A DNA stretch of 64,000 nucleotides from assembly GCA_963771465.1 (NCBI GenBank), contig CAVYTU010000017.1, positions 416,001 to 480,000 of the forward strand, written 5' to 3'. The notes beneath the pieces were generated by a model. It had not been told where the DNA came from and made no database searches. It saw nothing but the letters and a program-made list of their open reading frames with translations. This document shows positions 62,065-64,000 of this stretch, piece by piece. Position 1 is the stretch's first letter. Each line of letters opens with the position of its first letter. Made by a program: the position numbers and the translations under genes. Source of the DNA: an uncultured delta proteobacterium (GTDB taxonomy: Bacteria; Desulfobacterota; Binatia; UBA9968).

Positions 62065-62418
62065 TCAATGCTGCAGAAGTTCTTTGACTTCAGCTTCGTT
62101 AAAGCCGGTTAGTTTCTTTCTCCCCTGGATGATCACGGGACGCCTTAATAGATTCGCGTCCTTGAGCATGAGCTTGATCGCCTCTTCTTTTGCCGGCGGC
62201 TTTTGCTTCATATTCTTTTCCCGATAGAGCGACGTGCGGGTGTTGAGAAACGACTCTATCGGGCTGTCGCCGATCAGCTCGCGCAACTCTTTTTCCGTAA
62301 ACGGATTCTTGCCGTACTCCCGTTCTTCAAGGTCGACTTTTTTTGATTGCAAGAAACTTCTTGCTTTACGGCAAGTCGTTCAGCTCGCTTTGTAGAAGAA
62401 ACGAATCTTGTCAGCCAT
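62065..62418 (-). CDS. ArsC/Spx-family selenoprotein (in-frame TGA 62382-62380 as Sec13; 117 aa)
   Basis: AGGAG RBS + ATG 62418: MADKIRFFYKAS-U-TTCRKARSFL..K.P.T..EL..LLRRPV...GFN; TGA sits at the first Cys of the family CxxC-RKA motif. Confidence 0.88.
62349..62382 (-). promoter_or_regulatory. Putative bacterial SECIS element
   Basis: TGA-15 nt-GCAAGA-AGTT-TCTTGC hairpin with apical GU at positions 26-27; a competing CTTGC/GCAAG pairing is also possible. Confidence 0.6.
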
Positions 62419-62475
62419 GGGAAAACTCCTAGAGTGTTGGAGTGGCGGGTTTTTGCCTAATGCTCCAATCCCTTC

Positions 62476-63858
62476 TTACTTGAAGTACTTCGCGACGCGT
62501 TCGAATGCAGCGGGTTCGACTTCGTTACGAACCGGCCATTCACTCTTCATTTTCAACGGGATCGTCGCATCGATGATCGCGACGGTGTCGCCGAGCCAGC
62601 CGCGGAAGCTCTGGACTTCGCGGATGATCTCGATGTCTTTGTCCCAGTGCACGCGGGTCGCCACGGCCCACATCACTTCGCGCTCGTTAAACACGTCGAT
62701 ATCTTCATCGACGATCACCGCGAGTTTCAAGTTCGGCATTTCGACGAACGCCTGCATGCCGGCTTTGTTGGGTTCGTTTTCGAATTCCTTCTTGATCGAA
62801 ATATAGCAGATGCAACGGCCGCAGCCCGAGGCCGCGAGATGGATGCCCGTGATGCCGGGAACATTCTTCTTGATGACGTTGTAAGTGCTGCCTTCTTTGG
62901 GAATGCTGCCGAGATTCCAATGATCCATATGGCCGGGCCAGAAGTCTTCGACGATACCGCCGCGCCGATGAGTAATCGCGGTGACTTCGATGACCGGCAC
63001 GTCCATTTTCGGTTGGGCGTAACCGAGAATCTCGCCGAAGGGGTTCTGCGATTGGCGCACGCCGGGGAGTATCTCGCCTTCAATGATAACTTCGGCATCG
63101 GCCGGTACCATGAATTTATCGCCCCAGGTTGTTGATGGTGTAAGCCGCAGCGGCTCTTTGAGGAACGCCGACGCGGTCAGGTAATCGTTGTTACCCATCG
63201 CCGTCATGGCGCAGGAAGAAAGATAAAACGCGGGGTGGTGGCCCAGGATGACGATCACAGGCGCGCGCAAATTTTTCTCCTCGTACTCGCAAGCCATCGC
63301 TTCCAAGTGATGATGCTTGTGCGCCGAGAAGCTCATATGTTTGGGATCGTGAAATTTATTTTTAGTGAACGTGATGTCGTAGAAGTCGGCGTTCAGGCCC
63401 TTCATGGCGCAGGTCATGGTATGGTATGGACCGGCGTCGCCTTGTTGGTGCATCGGCATCGGTAGAACGCGCAAATCGGCCTTGTCCCCCGTGAGCACGA
63501 CTTCTTTGACCGGCGCTTTTTCCGGCGCGATGACTTCGAGCTTGCCTTGCTGTTGTTCGAGCTTGGCGACTTCGAGGCTCACGTCCATGGGCGACTTGAT
63601 GTCGCCCATGTCGAGAGAGTCGGCGACGTACTGGCGCGACACCCACGGATTGTAGAACATCGGGAAATCGGATTTCTTGCCGTTTAGCGCCGGAACGTTT
63701 TCGAATAGCACCATCTTCGGTTCGTTGCGCATGTCGAGATGTTTGAGATAGGCAACGGTCTCGTAATTGTTCGCGTCGATGAAGTTTCTCTCACGGATCA
63801 CGGCGCCTTCGCGGGTGGCGCCTTCCTTGGCTATAAAACTAGGTAAATCTTTGGCCAT
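62476..63858 (-). CDS. UbiD-family (prFMN-dependent) decarboxylase
   Basis: DL..FI, VLFENV, APVKEV, DL..LP, D.GPY, VPADAEVIIEG, PFGE..GY, VIVDEDIDVFN..EVMWAVATR. Confidence 0.9.
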   Translation of the reverse strand: MAKDLPSFIAKEGATREGAVIRERNFIDANNYETVAYLKHLDMRNEPKMVLFENVPALNGKKSDFPMFYNPWVSRQYVADSLDMGDIKSPMDVSLEVAKLEQQQGKLEVIAPEKAPVKEVVLTGDKADLRVLPMPMHQQGDAGPYHTMTCAMKGLNADFYDITFTKNKFHDPKHMSFSAHKHHHLEAMACEYEEKNLRAPVIVILGHHPAFYLSSCAMTAMGNNDYLTASAFLKEPLRLTPSTTWGDKFMVPADAEVIIEGEILPGVRQSQNPFGEILGYAQPKMDVPVIEVTAITHRRGGIVEDFWPGHMDHWNLGSIPKEGSTYNVIKKNVPGITGIHLAASGCGRCICYISIKKEFENEPNKAGMQAFVEMPNLKLAVIVDEDIDVFNEREVMWAVATRVHWDKDIEIIREVQSFRGWLGDTVAIIDATIPLKMKSEWPVRNEVEPAAFERVAKYFK

Positions 63859-64000
63859 GAAGGGTCTCCTTTAAATCGCGATTAAAAAAATTTTATTCAC
63901 TCTTACTTAGTCGAATCACTAGATGAGTTCAAGGGAGTTAGCTCCTGATGAGGCCCGTGAGCGCGCGCCATTTGTGGCGCCAACCGGAGTGACAAAGCAA

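Noticed and set aside
63940-63980. CTGATGAG resembling a hammerhead ribozyme core
   Set aside because: No stem II followed by GAAA; sequence lies at the window edge.

Overview
Bacterial chromosomal window, GC-rich by eye. The gene content and intergenic repeat style resemble deltaproteobacteria-like lineages such as Binatota (inference only). Housekeeping blocks are ftsE-ftsX-envC-ctpA, pcm-nlpD-apt, nuoI-like, thiC, pcp, beta-carbonic anhydrase and purC. They surround a large accessory catabolic region with 13 solute-binding proteins lacking permeases, amidohydrolases, TPP enzymes, VOC proteins, a ComA-like protein, and a hydroxycinnamoyl-CoA lyase/acyl-CoA dehydrogenase/CoA-transferase cluster. 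The main signal missed by the ORF track is three genes split by an in-frame TGA lying in a UxxC motif and followed by a SECIS-like hairpin, i.e. probable selenoproteins. Two are UGSC-family genes (25152-25703, 41662-42228) that share an identical 33-nt TGA+hairpin segment, each followed by a paralogous ~350-aa partner gene of unknown function. The third is an ArsC/Spx-like gene (62065-62418, minus). Also notable: a promoter-leader-terminator/antiterminator element downstream of a DUF2294 gene, a tandem metacaspase pair (one fused to an alpha/beta hydrolase), a truncated HEPN gene, and several gene remnants and frameshifts. No tRNA, rRNA, CRISPR array or intact transposase was recognised. All family calls are from motif recognition, not database searches.
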